Source: an uncultured delta proteobacterium (GTDB lineage: Bacteria > Desulfobacterota > Desulfobacteria > Desulfobacterales > Desulfosalsimonadaceae). From it: a stretch of 64,000 nucleotides of DNA. How positions within the stretch are numbered: position 1 is the stretch's first letter; every line of letters begins with the position of its first letter. The stretch covers positions 288,001 through 352,000 of the forward strand of contig CAWGYD010000005.1 of the NCBI GenBank assembly GCA_963826785.1, read 5' to 3'. The translations under genes and the position numbers were made by a program. The notes beneath the pieces are model-generated. The model was given only the letters and a program-made list of their open reading frames with translations. It did no database searches and was not told the origin of the DNA. Positions 39,321 through 51,844 of the stretch are shown piece by piece.

Positions 39321-39756
39321 ATGATTGTCAGATGCGGAAAATGCGGGACCAAAAATCGGGTTGAAAAACACGGTGCGGGGTTGAAACCCGTCTGCGGCCG
39401 GTGCGGGGCCCCGCTGGTGGCGGCCGCCGCCCGGGGGAAGGTTGTGAAGGTGACCGACCAGGCGTTTCAGGCAGAGGTCCTTTCTGAAAAAGGGCCGGTG
39501 CTGGTGGACTGCTGGGCGCCCTGGTGCGGCCCGTGTCAGACGGTGGGGCCGGTCATGGACCAGCTTGCCGCCCAATATGCCGGACGGCTGAAAGTGGCCA
39601 AGCTGAACGTCGATGAAAATCCGAAGAACTTCGGCCGCCTACACCATCCGCAGTGTTCCAACCCTGTTGTTCTTTAAAAATGGACAATTGAAACATACGG
39701 CGACCGGGGCGCTCCCCAGGCACGAAATCGAACGGCACCTTGCAACAATCATATAA
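39321..39756 (+). CDS. trxC: Zinc-finger thioredoxin 2 (frameshift near 39628)
   Basis: [10 protein letters not shown]...[25 protein letters not shown] in the shifted frame. Confidence 0.88.
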
Positions 39757-39806
39757 TCTCACATATAATCTCATACTTTAGTTCAACCCCAGCGAGGAGG
39801 AAAAGA

Positions 39807-40280
39807 ATGCCCAAAAAAATCTTAGTTGCTCTGGATGACTCGGAAAACGCCATGCGTGCAGTGAATTTCGTATCCCGATACTTTGCGCCGGACAGCGAAG
39901 TGACGCTGTTTCACGTCTTTCAGGATACCCAGTCCCTGTGTTCGCTGCAGAGCCCCGAACTCATCCCGTACTTTCTGGAGCAGCAGAGCGCTTTCTGTTC
40001 CCTTGAAAACAAGAAGCGCGAAATCATGGACACCTCCATGGAGCGGGCCAAGAACGCGCTGATCGGCTGCGGATTCGAAAGCTCGCAGGTGCATGTGAAA
40101 CCGGCCACGGCAGAGCAGGGCATTGCCAGGGATATTATCGCAGAAGCCCGGAACGGGCATTACGAGGTGGTGGTGCTGGGGAAGAAGGGGCATTCCGGCA
40201 TCAAGGAATTTTTTCTGGGAAGCGTTACCCAGAAGGTGATCAATGGAGTGAAAAATGCTTCCGTATTGATGGTGGACTGA
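39807..40280 (+). CDS. Universal stress protein
   Basis: KILVALDDSENAMRAV...VVLGKKGHSGIKEFFLGSVTQKV. Confidence 0.92.
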   Translation: MPKKILVALDDSENAMRAVNFVSRYFAPDSEVTLFHVFQDTQSLCSLQSPELIPYFLEQQSAFCSLENKKREIMDTSMERAKNALIGCGFESSQVHVKPATAEQGIARDIIAEARNGHYEVVVLGKKGHSGIKEFFLGSVTQKVINGVKNASVLMVD

Positions 40281-40381
40281 CGTTTGCGAAGAACTGAACA
40301 TCATTTGCGGTGAGGCGTTTGGCCGCGGCCATCACGACATGTCGCGTGAGCGGCTCAATAAAATCGGCCGGAGGAGTTGCC

Positions 40382-41278
40382 ATGAATATTCTGATAACGG
40401 GGGGTTCGGGATTTGTGGGTACTTTTCTCACCAGGGAACTGCTGGGGAAGGGACACAAGGTCGTTGCGGTGGACGCGGTGCCGCCAAAAACCGCTTCTGA
40501 TCAGCCCCGGTTCCGTTTCGTGCGGGCCGACACCACCCGGCCGGGCGACTGGCAGGGCGGGGTGGCCGATGTCGATGCGGTGATCAACCTGGCCGGCAGG
40601 AATATTTTTCATTACTGGACAAAAAAATATAAAAAAGAAATTTATGACACCCGGGTTCTGACCACCCGAAACCTGGTGGATGCGCTTCCTGACAATCCAA
40701 AAGTGGTGGTATGCTCCACCTCTGCCGTGGGGTATTACGGCAGCCGGGGCGAGGCGGTCCTGGATGAGACGGCCGCCCCCGGGGATGATTTTCTGGCAAC
40801 CGTATCCATGGACTGGGAAGCAGAAGCCCTGCGGGCAAGGGAAAAGGGCGCGCGGGTGGTCCTGACCCGGTTTGGCATCGTCATGGGGCCCGGGGGCGGT
40901 GCATTGAAGCAGATGGTCCCGGCCTTCAAGTTTTTTCTCGGCGGGCCCCTGGGAGACGGCAGTCAGTGGTTTTCCTGGATCCAAATCGAGGATCTGGTGG
41001 GCGCGATGATATTTGCACTGGAACATGCCACCCTGGATGGCCCCGTAAATTTCTGCTCACCCGAACCGGTGAGAAACCGGCGCTTTGTCAAAGCCCTGGC
41101 CCATCAGCTCGGCCGGCCGGCATTTCTCCGGGTACCCGGGTTTGCCTTGCGCTTGGCTGCCGGGGAATTGGGCGAGGTGGTCCTGGGCAGTCAGCGGGTG
41201 GTTCCGTCCAAGCTGGATGCCGCCGGGTTTGAATTTAAATTTCCCCAAATCGAAGACGCCCTGCGCGTTTCCGTATAG
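40382..41278 (+). CDS. TIGR01777-family NAD-dependent epimerase
   Basis: ITGGSGFVG, INLAG, SAVGYYG, GGPLGDGSQWFSWI. Confidence 0.92.
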   Translation: MNILITGGSGFVGTFLTRELLGKGHKVVAVDAVPPKTASDQPRFRFVRADTTRPGDWQGGVADVDAVINLAGRNIFHYWTKKYKKEIYDTRVLTTRNLVDALPDNPKVVVCSTSAVGYYGSRGEAVLDETAAPGDDFLATVSMDWEAEALRAREKGARVVLTRFGIVMGPGGGALKQMVPAFKFFLGGPLGDGSQWFSWIQIEDLVGAMIFALEHATLDGPVNFCSPEPVRNRRFVKALAHQLGRPAFLRVPGFALRLAAGELGEVVLGSQRVVPSKLDAAGFEFKFPQIEDALRVSV

Positions 41279-41293
41279 CGAAAGGAATCGGAT

Positions 41294-41500
41294 ATGGAAG
41301 AAAAAACCTTTTCAGTACCCAATATATCCTGCAAACATTGCGTGGCCACCATCAAGAATGAATTATCCGAGATCGAAGGCGTTGACCGGGTGGAGGGCGA
41401 TCCTGAAAATCGCAAGATTACGGTTTGGTGGAAGGCGCCGGCCACGCAGGACCGGATCCGTAAGATGCTCCAAGAGATCAATTATCCCGCGGAGCCGTAA
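41294..41500 (+). CDS. copZ: Copper chaperone (HMA)
   Basis: NISCKHCV motif directly upstream of the P1B-ATPase. Confidence 0.88.
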   Translation: MEEKTFSVPNISCKHCVATIKNELSEIEGVDRVEGDPENRKITVWWKAPATQDRIRKMLQEINYPAEP

Positions 41501-43954
41501 ATGCCGGAACAGCAGATCACCCTTCCGGTAACCGGCATGACCTGCGCCAACTGCGCGGCCAATATCAAACGAAGTGTCGAAAAGCTGGAAGGGGTTGTCC
41601 ATGCCGACGTCAATTTTGCCGCCGAACAGCTCACCGTTGTTTTCGATGCCAGCCAGGTCAACATAGACGACATCATCGGCCGGGTGCGAAAGGCCGGTTA
41701 TGACGTGATCACCCGGTCTGCGGACCTGGCCCTGACCGGCATGACCTGCGCCAACTGCGCGGCGGCCGTCGAACGGACCCTGAACAAAAAGGTGCCCGGG
41801 GTGATTTCGGCCGCGGTTAATTTTGCGGCCGAGCGCGCCACGGTGGAGTACGTGCCCACCATGGCCGGGATCGACGATCTGGTCAAGGCGGTCGAGAAGG
41901 CCGGTTATGGCGCGATATCATCCGAGGCCGGGGAAACCGGCGAAGACGCCGAGTCCGCCGCCCGGGACGCGGAAGTGGCCGATCAAATCCGAAAGTTTGA
42001 GGTGGGGTTGGCTTTTACCCTGCCGCTGTTTGCGCTCTCCATGGGCCGGGATTTTCTGCTCCTGGGGGCATGGTCGCACGCGCCGTGGATGAACTGGCTC
42101 TTTTTTGCCTTGGCCACGCCGGTCCAGTTTTATACCGGGTGGGATTACTACGTGGGCGGGTATCGCAGCCTGTTGAACCGCAGCGCCAACATGGATGTCC
42201 TGGTGGCCATGGGATCGTCGGTGGCCTATGGCTATTCCGTGGCGGTGCTCCTGTCCCCTGTGATGGGCGGTCATGTCTATTTCGAAACATCGGCGGTGAT
42301 TATCACCCTGATCAAAATCGGCAAACTGCTGGAGGTGCAAACCAAGCGCAAAACCGGCGGCTCCATCCGCAAACTCATCGGCCTGCGCCCAAAAACCGCA
42401 ACCGTCATTAAGGCGGGGAGGGAAGAGCAGGTCCCCATCACCCGGGTGGAAAAAGGCGATCTGATAATGGTTCGCCCCGGGGAGCGGATTCCCGTGGACG
42501 GGGTGGTGGTGAAGGGGCGCTCTTCAGTGGACGAAGCCATGCTCACAGGTGAGCCGCTGCCCGTGGACAAGAAACCGGGGGATTCGGTGGTGGGCGGCGC
42601 CATTACCGTGGAAGGCACCCTGCAGTTTGAAGCCACCCGGGTGGGCAGGGATACGGCCCTGGCACAGATTATCCGGCTGGTTCAGGAAGCCCAGGGAAGC
42701 CGCGCGCCCATTCAGGCCATTGCCGATCGCGTGGCCGCCGTGTTCGTCCCCCTGGTCATTTCAGCGGCGCTGGTGACCTTTCTGATCTGGCTGCTGCTGA
42801 CCGGGGCGTTCGTCCCCTCCATGATCCGGCTGGTGGCGGTCCTGGTGATCGCCTGCCCCTGCGCGCTGGGGCTGGCCACGCCCACGGCCATGATGGCGGG
42901 AATGGGAAAAGGGGCGGAAAACGGGATCCTCTTTAAAAGCTCGGTGGCCCTGGAGCAGGCGGCGCAGCTGGATGCCATCGTGCTGGACAAGACCGGAACC
43001 CTCACCCTGGGAAAACCGGAAGTGACGGATATCATCAGTTTACGAAAGGCGTGCGGGGATGAAATCGATCTGCTGAAAATGGCGGCCTCGGCGGAGCAGG
43101 GATCCGAGCACCCGGTGGGCCGGGCGATCCTGAAAGCGGCCCGGGAAAAGAATATCGATCCTTTTGAATTTTCGGACTTCAAGGCCCACGGCGGTTCCGG
43201 CGTGGAAGCGAATATCGGCGGCCGGATGGTGGCCGTGGGACGACCGGACTGGTTTTCATCAGAGCGCGGGGTCGATATTTCCGCTGCATCGGGCAACATC
43301 GACAAACTCCAGCAGGAGGGAAAAACCGTGATGCTGGTGGTTTTCGATGAAGGGTTGCTGTGCGGACTGATTGCGGTTTCCGATACCCTGAAGCCGGAGT
43401 CAAAGGCAGCCGTGGCGGCGCTGCATGCCTCCGGGCACCGGGTTTCCATGCTGACCGGAGACAACCGGCAGACCGCCCGGGCGATCGCCGGCCGGGTTCA
43501 CATTGACGATGTGATCGCCGAAGTCCGACCCGATGAGAAGGCGGCGGCCGTGAAAAGGCTGCAGGAAACGCATATGAAGATCGGCATGGTAGGCGACGGC
43601 ATCAATGATGCGCCGGCACTGGCACGGGCCGACGTCGGGTTTGCCATCGGCACGGGAACCGACGTGGCAATCGAAACCGCGGATGTGATACTGACCAGCG
43701 GCAACCTGACCGGCATTTCACGGGCAGTCCGGCTCAGCCGAAAAACCATGAAAACGGTCCGGCAGAACCTGTTCTGGGCCTTTGGCTACAATGTGGTCCT
43801 CATACCGATTGCCGCGGGGGTGCTCGCACCATTTGAAGGCGTCCCGGCATTTCTCCAGCACCTGCACCCCATCCTGGCTGCCCTTGCCATGGCGTTTTCC
43901 AGCATATCGGTGGTCACCAACAGCCTTTTGCTGTCAAGAGCCAACATCGAGTAA
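41501..43954 (+). CDS. copA: Copper-translocating P1B-type ATPase
   Basis: Two GMTCANC domains, [28 protein letters not shown]. Confidence 0.95.
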   Translation: MPEQQITLPVTGMTCANCAANIKRSVEKLEGVVHADVNFAAEQLTVVFDASQVNIDDIIGRVRKAGYDVITRSADLALTGMTCANCAAAVERTLNKKVPGVISAAVNFAAERATVEYVPTMAGIDDLVKAVEKAGYGAISSEAGETGEDAESAARDAEVADQIRKFEVGLAFTLPLFALSMGRDFLLLGAWSHAPWMNWLFFALATPVQFYTGWDYYVGGYRSLLNRSANMDVLVAMGSSVAYGYSVAVLLSPVMGGHVYFETSAVIITLIKIGKLLEVQTKRKTGGSIRKLIGLRPKTATVIKAGREEQVPITRVEKGDLIMVRPGERIPVDGVVVKGRSSVDEAMLTGEPLPVDKKPGDSVVGGAITVEGTLQFEATRVGRDTALAQIIRLVQEAQGSRAPIQAIADRVAAVFVPLVISAALVTFLIWLLLTGAFVPSMIRLVAVLVIACPCALGLATPTAMMAGMGKGAENGILFKSSVALEQAAQLDAIVLDKTGTLTLGKPEVTDIISLRKACGDEIDLLKMAASAEQGSEHPVGRAILKAAREKNIDPFEFSDFKAHGGSGVEANIGGRMVAVGRPDWFSSERGVDISAASGNIDKLQQEGKTVMLVVFDEGLLCGLIAVSDTLKPESKAAVAALHASGHRVSMLTGDNRQTARAIAGRVHIDDVIAEVRPDEKAAAVKRLQETHMKIGMVGDGINDAPALARADVGFAIGTGTDVAIETADVILTSGNLTGISRAVRLSRKTMKTVRQNLFWAFGYNVVLIPIAAGVLAPFEGVPAFLQHLHPILAALAMAFSSISVVTNSLLLSRANIE

Positions 43955-44015
43955 AGTGTGGTTTTTCCCTTGGGAGAACAAATTTTTAACAAAAATGGTA
44001 AAAAGGACAATCGCA

Positions 44016-44219
44016 ATGAACGTGGATCAACTGGTTTTCCGTATAGCCGGCATTTTTATCCTGTTTAGCCTGGCACTGGCCTATTTTCACAGTTCCTACT
44101 GGCTCTGGTTTACCGCTTTTGTCGGTGCCAACATGGTTCAGGCCTCTTTTTCGGGATTCTGTCCCATGGCCGCCTTTTTAAAAAAATTCGGGATCAAGCC
44201 GGGTCGGGCGTTTGATTAG
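44016..44219 (+). CDS. DUF2892/YgaP-like membrane protein
   Basis: WLWFTAFVGANMVQASFSGFCP. Confidence 0.85.
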   Translation: MNVDQLVFRIAGIFILFSLALAYFHSSYWLWFTAFVGANMVQASFSGFCPMAAFLKKFGIKPGRAFD

Positions 44220-44222
44220 ATC

Positions 44223-45010
44223 ATGCAAATTTTTTTAAACGGGCTTTATGACCGGTATAACCGGCGGGATTATGTCCGCCCGGACCCCATCGAACTGATC
44301 TATCCCTATGGGGATCTGAGGGATCGGGAAATCGCCGGGCTGATCGCGGCCTGTCTGGCCTATGGCCGGGTACAGCAGATCTTGAAAAGTGTTTCTTCGG
44401 TACTGAACGCGATGGGGCCGTCGCCTTGACCGGTATTTGACGAGAACAGAAGACGACTCGGATCCGAGCGGATTTTGCCGCCTTCGTGCACCGGTTTGCC
44501 CGGGGAAGTCATTTATCGTCGCTGCTTATTGCTATAAAACGGATCATTTCGGATTACGGGACGCTGCAGGACTGTTTCCATGATGGATATAACAGCGGTG
44601 ATGAAACCGTTCTGCCGGCGCTCACAGGCTTTGTGGCAAATATCTGCATGGCCGCACCGGGGGAGGGGCCCGGCCACCTGGTTCCCGCACCGGATAAACA
44701 AAGCGCCTGCAAGCGCCTTCACCTGTTCCTGCGGTGGATGGTGCGCGGCGATGCCGTGGACCCGGGAGGGTGGGACCGTATTTGCCCGTCGAAGCTGATC
44801 GTTCCCGTGGATGTCCACATGCACCGCCTCGGCTGCCGGCTGGGGCTGACAGACCGGAAACAGGCCAACCTGAAAACGGCCCTGGCGCTTACCGCCGGGT
44901 TTCGGCGATATGCACCCGACGACCCCGTGCGCTACGATTTCGCCCTGACCCGCTTCGGTATCCGTGATGATCTGAAAGGCCGGCTGGATTACAGCCAATC
45001 ACTCGTATAA
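44223..45010 (+). CDS. TIGR02757/DUF2400 family protein (split by frameshift near 44428)
   Basis: PDPIE...DREIAGLIAACLAYG; SACKRLHLFLRWMVR, PVDVH, DDPVRYDFAL. Confidence 0.85.
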
Positions 45011-45090
45011 CTCACAAAAGTTGTTCACGTCGATTTTTTCATTGACCTGATGGCCTTTGTCTGCTAAACAAACTTGATTATTCTTGACGT

Positions 45091-45166
45091 GGGGATGTAG
45101 CTCAGCTGGGAGAGCGCTGCGTTCGCAATGCAGAGGTCAGGGGTTCGAGCCCCCTCATCTCCACCA
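45091..45166 (+). tRNA. tRNA-Ala(CGC)
   Basis: GGGGATGTAGCTCAG...CTGCG-TTCGCAA-TGCAG...GGTTCGAG...CTCCACCA, 76 nt. Confidence 0.95.
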
Positions 45167-45234
45167 ATTCCGATTTTTCGCTTCTCACGCTTCAGAATGC
45201 CGGTATTCTGAAGCATAAGATCAGGTCTGAATCC

Positions 45235-45822
45235 ATGAAACGGCATGCCGAAACCGAACGGATCACCAAGGAAACGCAGATCCGGGCGACATTTTCCCTC
45301 GATGGCACCGGCGCCAGTGACATCTCCACCCAGATCCCCTTTTTCGACCACATGCTGACCCTGTTTTCCGTCCACGGATTTTTTGATATGATGGTGAAAG
45401 CGACCGGCGACATCGAAGTCGATTATCACCATACCATGGAAGATGTGGGGCTGGTTCTGGGCGATCTGTTCAACCAGGCGCTGGGGGATCGAAAAGGCAT
45501 CCGCCGTTATGGCGCCGCATCGGTCCCCATGGATGATGCCCTCACCGAGGTGAGCGTGGATCTTTCAAATCGGCCTTTTCTCGTTTACCGCATTCCGCCG
45601 CTTCTTTCCAGCCAGGTTGATCTGCATGTCAATCAGGCAAAGGAATTCTTCCGGGCCTTCGTCAACCGGGCCGGAATCAACCTGCATATCAATGCCCTTT
45701 ATGGTGAAAATGACCACCATGTCACCGAATCCATTTTCAAGGCATTCGCCCGGGCTTTAGACCAGGCATCGGGTACGGATCCCCGCATTGCATCCGTGCA
45801 TTCGTCCAAAGGGCTTCTCTGA
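45235..45822 (+). CDS. hisB: Imidazoleglycerol-phosphate dehydratase
   Basis: [32 protein letters not shown]. Confidence 0.96.
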   Translation: MKRHAETERITKETQIRATFSLDGTGASDISTQIPFFDHMLTLFSVHGFFDMMVKATGDIEVDYHHTMEDVGLVLGDLFNQALGDRKGIRRYGAASVPMDDALTEVSVDLSNRPFLVYRIPPLLSSQVDLHVNQAKEFFRAFVNRAGINLHINALYGENDHHVTESIFKAFARALDQASGTDPRIASVHSSKGLL

Positions 45823-45851
45823 TTTTGTCATCGGCAGTAGATGGACCGCAT

Positions 45852-46580
45852 ATGATCGTTATTCCCGCAATCGATATTAAATCCGGCAAATGCGTCCGCC
45901 TGCTCCAGGGACGCATGGATGCCGAAACCGTATTCTCTGATGATCCTGCGGCCATGGGGCTTCGCTGGGAATCGCAGGGGGCGGAATTGATTCACGTTGT
46001 CGATCTCGACGGCGCCGTGGAGAAGAAGCCCGTGAATCTTGAATCCATTCGGGCGATTTTAAACCGGGTGTCGATCCCTATTCAGGTCGGCGGCGGCATC
46101 CGGGACATGGACACCATCCGGGTCTACATGGATCTGGGCGTGCAGCGGATCGTTATCGGCACCGAAGCCATCCGGAATCCGGAACTGGTGAAGACCGCCT
46201 GCCGGGAATTTCCCGGACGCATGGTGGTGGGAATCGATGCGAAAGAGGGGATGGTGGCCATCGAAGGCTGGACCGAAGTGACCCGGGTAACGGCGGTGGA
46301 CCTGGCCAGGCAGTTTGAAGATGACGGGATCGCGGCCATCAATTTCACTGATATCGAACGCGACGGCATGCGCACCGGCCCCAATATTGAACAGACCCGG
46401 GCGCTGGCCCGCGCTGTTTCCATTCCCGTGGTCGCATCGGGCGGGGTTTCATCCATGACCGATATCATGAATCTGGCCCCGCTGGCATCAGACGGTGTCG
46501 TCGGGATCATCACCGGAAGGGCCCTGTATGACGGCAGCCTGGATCTTGAAGCGGCCCTGGCCTATTTGCGAAACGCTTGA
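45852..46580 (+). CDS. hisA: ProFAR isomerase
   Basis: [36 protein letters not shown]. Confidence 0.96.
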   Translation: MIVIPAIDIKSGKCVRLLQGRMDAETVFSDDPAAMGLRWESQGAELIHVVDLDGAVEKKPVNLESIRAILNRVSIPIQVGGGIRDMDTIRVYMDLGVQRIVIGTEAIRNPELVKTACREFPGRMVVGIDAKEGMVAIEGWTEVTRVTAVDLARQFEDDGIAAINFTDIERDGMRTGPNIEQTRALARAVSIPVVASGGVSSMTDIMNLAPLASDGVVGIITGRALYDGSLDLEAALAYLRNA

Positions 46581-46759
46581 TTTTTCATTGACATCCGTTA
46601 ATCAGCGTATTATATTTATTTGATTCCCATCGGTATGGATAAATTTGTCAAATCAGGCATTTATATATTCTGCTGAGGCCTGATTTTGCCCGATCGGATG
46701 GATGAACGCATCCACACCTGCCCATCTTACCTGTTTGCGAGGCGGGAGGTACCCTTTTT

Positions 46760-48544
46760 TTGGCGATTTTTTTTCCTGAAGACAAGATTGCGGAAATTCG
46801 GAATTCCGTAGATATTGTCGACCTCATATCCGAACGCGTGGTTTTGAAAAATGCGGGCAAAGATCATATCGGTCTTTGTCCGTTTCATTCTGAAAAAACA
46901 CCCTCCTTTACGGTCAGCCCCTTAAAGCAGATTTTTCATTGTTTCGGCTGCGGTGCGGGAGGCGACATTTTTTCGTTTATGATGAAGCACGACGGCGTGG
47001 AGTTTCCGGAAGCCGTGCAATTGCTGGCACGCCGATGCGGGGTGGACCTTCCGGCAGATTCCGCTGATCCGCATCAGCGTCAAGCCCTTTCGGACCGGCA
47101 GCGGCTGTACGACCTTAACCTGCGGGTGATGAAGTTCTATCAAAGCAGGCTGGCAGAAGAGACGGCGGGAAAAGCCGCCCTGGCGTATCTGGCCCGGCGG
47201 GGATTTTCAAAGGCCGCCATCGACCAGTTCAGCCTGGGATTTGCGTCTGACGACTGGGACGCGCTGGTCAATTTTTTTCGTAAAATCCGGGTTCCCATGG
47301 ATCTGGCCGAGAAATCGGGCCTGGTGATTCCCCGGAAAAGCGCAAAGGGTTTTTACGATCGTTTTCGCAACCGGATCATCTTTCCCATTTTTGATCCTTC
47401 CGGCCAGGTGATCGGATTCGGCGGCCGGGTGCTCGATGAGGCATTGCCCAAATATCTGAATTCTCCGGAGACCCTGCTGTATCATAAAGGCAGGACCCTC
47501 TATGGGGTGCAAACCGCAAAGGCAAGGTGCCGGGAGACCGGCCGCGTTTATATTGTGGAGGGGTATTTCGATCTGATCGCACTTCACCAGCATGGCATCA
47601 CCAATACGGTGGCCACGCTGGGAACGGCATTGACGCCCCAGCATGCCAAACTGCTGCGGCGGGGATTTGCAGATCAGGTTTTTCTGGTATTCGACTCGGA
47701 TCAGGCCGGCATCAAGGCTGCCGAGCGGAGCATGCCCATTTTCATCAATGAATCGGTCAGCGCTTCGGTCATTGTCCTGCCCAAAGGCCATGATCCGGAT
47801 ACCTATGTGTTCGAATTCGGCGCCGAGGCTTTTAATAAACTGGCGGAGAAGGCCATGGGGATGGTCGATTTCCTGATTGAATCCGCCGTCGCCGCCCATG
47901 GCCTTTCCATGGAAGGCATCGTTCGGATCATCGGCCAATTGGCCCCACAGCTTGGGCAGATCGAGGACGGGGTGGCCCGATCCCTGCATATCCGGCATCT
48001 TTCCGAACGGCTGGGGGTGGATGAAGCCGCCGTTATGGAGCGGGTAAAAACAGCTGCCCGTCGGTCGGCTTCCCTGTCCGGACCGAACGGACGGAAATCC
48101 GGAATCGAGGTGTCCGGAGCGTCGGCACCTGACCATCCGATCAGCCGGCTCGAGCAGCAGGTGATTTCCATGATGTTAAAGTGCAATGAAATTTTGCCGG
48201 TGATTGAAAACAGGGGAATCCTTGATTATATTGATGACAAATTGCTCCAGTCAGTCGGACGCGTGATTCTTGCGCACCCGCCGTCGGAAGAGGGAAGCAT
48301 TGCCGATTTGATGAATCATTTGACCGAATCCCGGCAAAGGGCTCTGATCGCTTCCCTGGTCATCGAAGATGCGAAGTGGGATACCCGGTCGTGCAATAAT
48401 CTGATTGCCCAACTGATACAAAGCAAGTCAAAGCGTGAAGCGGTTTTGCTGCGCCAGATCAAGGCGGCGGAAGAGCGAAATGACCACGCAACACTCTTTG
48501 AACTGCTGAAGCAGAAACAGGATCAAGTGGCGAAACGCCATTGA
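46760..48544 (+). CDS. dnaG: DNA primase
   Basis: CPFHSEKTPSF, FHCFGC, KYLNSPET, VEGYFD, FDSDQAG. Confidence 0.97.
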   Translation: MAIFFPEDKIAEIRNSVDIVDLISERVVLKNAGKDHIGLCPFHSEKTPSFTVSPLKQIFHCFGCGAGGDIFSFMMKHDGVEFPEAVQLLARRCGVDLPADSADPHQRQALSDRQRLYDLNLRVMKFYQSRLAEETAGKAALAYLARRGFSKAAIDQFSLGFASDDWDALVNFFRKIRVPMDLAEKSGLVIPRKSAKGFYDRFRNRIIFPIFDPSGQVIGFGGRVLDEALPKYLNSPETLLYHKGRTLYGVQTAKARCRETGRVYIVEGYFDLIALHQHGITNTVATLGTALTPQHAKLLRRGFADQVFLVFDSDQAGIKAAERSMPIFINESVSASVIVLPKGHDPDTYVFEFGAEAFNKLAEKAMGMVDFLIESAVAAHGLSMEGIVRIIGQLAPQLGQIEDGVARSLHIRHLSERLGVDEAAVMERVKTAARRSASLSGPNGRKSGIEVSGASAPDHPISRLEQQVISMMLKCNEILPVIENRGILDYIDDKLLQSVGRVILAHPPSEEGSIADLMNHLTESRQRALIASLVIEDAKWDTRSCNNLIAQLIQSKSKREAVLLRQIKAAEERNDHATLFELLKQKQDQVAKRH

Positions 48545-48583
48545 TATATAAAAAGATAACCGTTTGTGAGGAGGCCTTTATTT

Positions 48584-50365
48584 ATGGCAAAAAAATCGAC
48601 CAAAACACATGATGGGTCCGAAGAAGTCAAAATTGAAAAATTTGACGAACTGGTCTCCAAGGGGAAGGAACAGGGATATCTGACGTATGATCAGATCAGT
48701 GAGGTGCTTCCCGAAGAAATGATGTCCCCTGAACAGATCGATGAAACCCTGATGTGGTTTGACGATTTGGATATCGAGGTGGTGGAAAAACGGAAAAAAA
48801 TTTCGGAATCCGAGAAAAAGGATGAAAATGAGAGCGAAAAGTTTTCCGATTCCGACGATGTGGACTCGATCTCCACTTATGGTTCGGTAACCGACCCGGT
48901 CAAGATGTATCTCAGGGAAATGGGTCTGGTAACACTGTTGTCCCGGGAAGGGGAAATCGTCATCGCCAAGAAAATCGAGGCCGGCGAGCAGGAAATGCTG
49001 CGGGCCATGCTGGAGACCACCATCGGGGTGAACAGCATTATCCAGCTGGGAGAGCAGATTGCCTCCGGTGTGCTTCGACCCAAGCACGTGTTGAGGGATA
49101 TCGATGAGGGCGACACGATAGTGGATGAGTCGATCCAGATTGAAAGTTTTCTGGAGATGATCGATGCCATCAAGAAGATCGATGATGAGAATCATGAACT
49201 CCGGAAAAAACTCTATGGCGACGAAATACTTGATCCGGAAGAGCGACGTCGGACCCGGCGGTCCATACGCCGCCGAAACCGAAAGATTTTCGACCACTTC
49301 AAGGAATGGCGCCTGGAAAGCGATGTGATCGATGCCATTGAAAAGGAAATCCGGGAGCAGTCCGAGTGGTTTGAAATCAAAAACAAGATGTTCTGCCGAT
49401 GTGTCGCCGAATTTGATCTGCCCATCATGGAAGTGCGTGAAAAGCTGGAATCCGGTGAACAGGCCTTTGTCAGCTGGGCATGTACCTGCACGGAACGTAA
49501 AGACCGCGACCTGAATACCCTGTTTTCCGAGTTGAAAAGACTCCAGACCGAGGGGGCGGAGCGGGAGAAGGAACTCAATGCCGATTATCGCAATTTGAAG
49601 CGGATCATGGGCAGCATCGAGGAGGGACGGCTCATCGCCAAGGAAGCCAAAGGGGAACTGGTCAAGGCAAACCTGCGGCTGGTGGTCAGCATTGCCAAGA
49701 AATATACCAACCGGGGATTGCAGTTTCTCGATTTGATTCAGGAAGGCAACATCGGATTGATGAAAGCGGTGGATAAGTTTGAGTACCGCCGGGGGTATAA
49801 GTTTTCCACCTACGCCACCTGGTGGATCCGGCAGGCCATCACCCGCGCCATCGCGGACCAGGCCCGGACCATCCGCATTCCCGTGCATATGATCGAGACC
49901 ATTAACAAGCTGATCCGCACCTCGCGGTACCTGGTCCAGGAACTGGGGCGGGAGCCCACCCCGGAGGAAATCGCGGGAAAAATGGAAGTTCCGCTGGACA
50001 AGGTGCGAAAGGTATTGAAAATCGCCCGTGAGCCCATCTCCCTGGAAACGCCCATCGGCGAGGAAGATGACAGCCATCTGGGAGATTTCATCGAGGATAA
50101 GACCTTCATGCTTCCCTCCGAAGCCGCCATCAACATGAACCTGGCCGAACAGACCCGCAAGGTGCTCGCCACGCTGACTCCGCGTGAAGAAAAAGTGCTG
50201 CGGATGCGGTTCGGCATCGGCGAAAAAGCGGATCATACCTTAGAAGAGGTGGGAAGCGATTTTGCGGTAACCCGTGAACGGATCCGTCAGATCGAGGCCA
50301 AAGCGCTCCGGAAATTGCGGCACCCCACCCGCAGCCGGAAATTGAAATATTTTATCGAATCCTGA
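48584..50365 (+). CDS. rpoD: RNA polymerase sigma factor RpoD
   Basis: [48 protein letters not shown]. Confidence 0.98.
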   Translation: MAKKSTKTHDGSEEVKIEKFDELVSKGKEQGYLTYDQISEVLPEEMMSPEQIDETLMWFDDLDIEVVEKRKKISESEKKDENESEKFSDSDDVDSISTYGSVTDPVKMYLREMGLVTLLSREGEIVIAKKIEAGEQEMLRAMLETTIGVNSIIQLGEQIASGVLRPKHVLRDIDEGDTIVDESIQIESFLEMIDAIKKIDDENHELRKKLYGDEILDPEERRRTRRSIRRRNRKIFDHFKEWRLESDVIDAIEKEIREQSEWFEIKNKMFCRCVAEFDLPIMEVREKLESGEQAFVSWACTCTERKDRDLNTLFSELKRLQTEGAEREKELNADYRNLKRIMGSIEEGRLIAKEAKGELVKANLRLVVSIAKKYTNRGLQFLDLIQEGNIGLMKAVDKFEYRRGYKFSTYATWWIRQAITRAIADQARTIRIPVHMIETINKLIRTSRYLVQELGREPTPEEIAGKMEVPLDKVRKVLKIAREPISLETPIGEEDDSHLGDFIEDKTFMLPSEAAINMNLAEQTRKVLATLTPREEKVLRMRFGIGEKADHTLEEVGSDFAVTRERIRQIEAKALRKLRHPTRSRKLKYFIES

Positions 50366-50433
50366 TATTTAAACACGGAACTTGACAACAAATCAACACA
50401 AGCGATAGAAACCAATTGCGTATGTTTTCATGG

Positions 50434-50506
50434 GGGCCCATAGCTCAGCTGGAAGAGCCACCGGCTCATAACCGGTCGGTCCCTGGTTCGAACCCAGGTG
50501 GGCCCA
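50434..50506 (+). tRNA. tRNA with CAT anticodon, most likely tRNA-Ile2 (CCA not encoded)
   Basis: GGGCCCATAGCTCAG...ACCGG-CTCATAA-CCGGT...GGTTCGAA...TGGGCCCA; position after rpoD. Confidence 0.88.
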
Positions 50507-50628
50507 TCAACTGTGATACTCGCACGCCTGTGAAAACAGGCGGGCTAACGGCGAAGAAGGCGTGGGGCGATGATTCCGCGCCTTTTTTTTTAGCCTTTTT
50601 TTAAACAGGGATGCCATGGATATGAATC

Positions 50629-51747
50629 ATGCCGCTCGTCAATGATATCATCCGCCTGCTCGAACAGATTGCCCCGAATCGGCTGGCGGAAGACTGGGAC
50701 AACGCGGGGCTGCAGATCGGCAGTCGGCAATGGCGGGCCGACCGCATCATGATTGCCCTGGATCCCCTCCTTTCCGTCGTCAAAGCCGCCTGTGAAAAAC
50801 AAATCGACCTGCTCATCACCCACCATCCCTTAATTTTTTCTCCTCTGAAACAAATCAATTTCGATACCCCCCAGGGAGAGATATTTTCCCTTGCCGCAAA
50901 TCATCGGTTGTCTGTCATTGCCGCCCATACCAACCTGGACAGCGCCGCCGGCGGCCTGAATGATCTTCTGGCGAGCAAACTTCACCTGCACGACATCAAA
51001 AGCCTGGTGCCGCCTTCCGGCAGCAGGGACGAATATAAACTTGCGCTTTATGTCCCGGCAGACCATTTCAGATCCGTTCTGGACGCTTTGTTCGACACCC
51101 CCGCCGGCAAAATCGGGAATTACACCCACTGCACTTTTTCACAGGAGGGAACCGGAACATTCAAACCCGGCCCCGACGCTGTTCCCCGATTCGGCGTTTC
51201 CGGTCAGATCAACTTTGCCCAGGAGGTCAGAATCGAAGCCAACGTGGCCAAAAAGGATTTAAACGCCACTCTTACTCGGGTGGAGCAGGCACATCCCTAT
51301 GAAACCATGGCGTATGATCTTTATCCGCTGTTTTCCCGCGAAGCGGACACGGGGCTGGGCCGGGTGGGAAAGCTCGAAGCGGCCATGGATCTGTCGGCGT
51401 TTGCCGATGACATCAAGTCACGGCTCGGCCTGGGGGCTGTCCGGGTCGCCGGGGCCACCCGCATGAGGGTGCAAAATGTCGCCGTGTGCACCGGAAGCGG
51501 CGCCGGATTGCTCAAGCCGTTTTTTGCCTCGAATGCAGACGTTTTTGTGACCGGTGATCTGCGCTACCATGATGCCCAGGATGTTTTGGCGCGCAACCGG
51601 GGCCTGGTCGACATCGGCCATTTTGCATCCGAGCATCTGATGGTGGAAATGGTCAAAAATCGGCTTGAAGATCTGGCCGTGCGGGAAGGGTATGACGTCA
51701 CCATTGAGGCCTTCGACGCAGAGGCCGATCCGTTTGAGGTGCGTTAG
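50629..51747 (+). CDS. Nif3-like dinuclear metal-centre protein
   Basis: EDWDNAGL, ITHHPLIF, HTNLD, HPYE, GDLRYH, GHFASE. Confidence 0.93.
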   Translation: MPLVNDIIRLLEQIAPNRLAEDWDNAGLQIGSRQWRADRIMIALDPLLSVVKAACEKQIDLLITHHPLIFSPLKQINFDTPQGEIFSLAANHRLSVIAAHTNLDSAAGGLNDLLASKLHLHDIKSLVPPSGSRDEYKLALYVPADHFRSVLDALFDTPAGKIGNYTHCTFSQEGTGTFKPGPDAVPRFGVSGQINFAQEVRIEANVAKKDLNATLTRVEQAHPYETMAYDLYPLFSREADTGLGRVGKLEAAMDLSAFADDIKSRLGLGAVRVAGATRMRVQNVAVCTGSGAGLLKPFFASNADVFVTGDLRYHDAQDVLARNRGLVDIGHFASEHLMVEMVKNRLEDLAVREGYDVTIEAFDAEADPFEVR

Positions 51748-51844
51748 TGCGTACGCCGTTGCGGCTGACTTCGCCGATGGATCGGCTTCTTCCGGTGCCT
51801 CGCGAAGTCATCATTATCAATCTTTAATATTAATGGAACCGGCA

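Noticed and set aside
45091..50506. tRNAs as integration sites of a genomic island
   Set aside because: Both are flanked by core genes and I saw no duplicated tRNA 3' end in the window.
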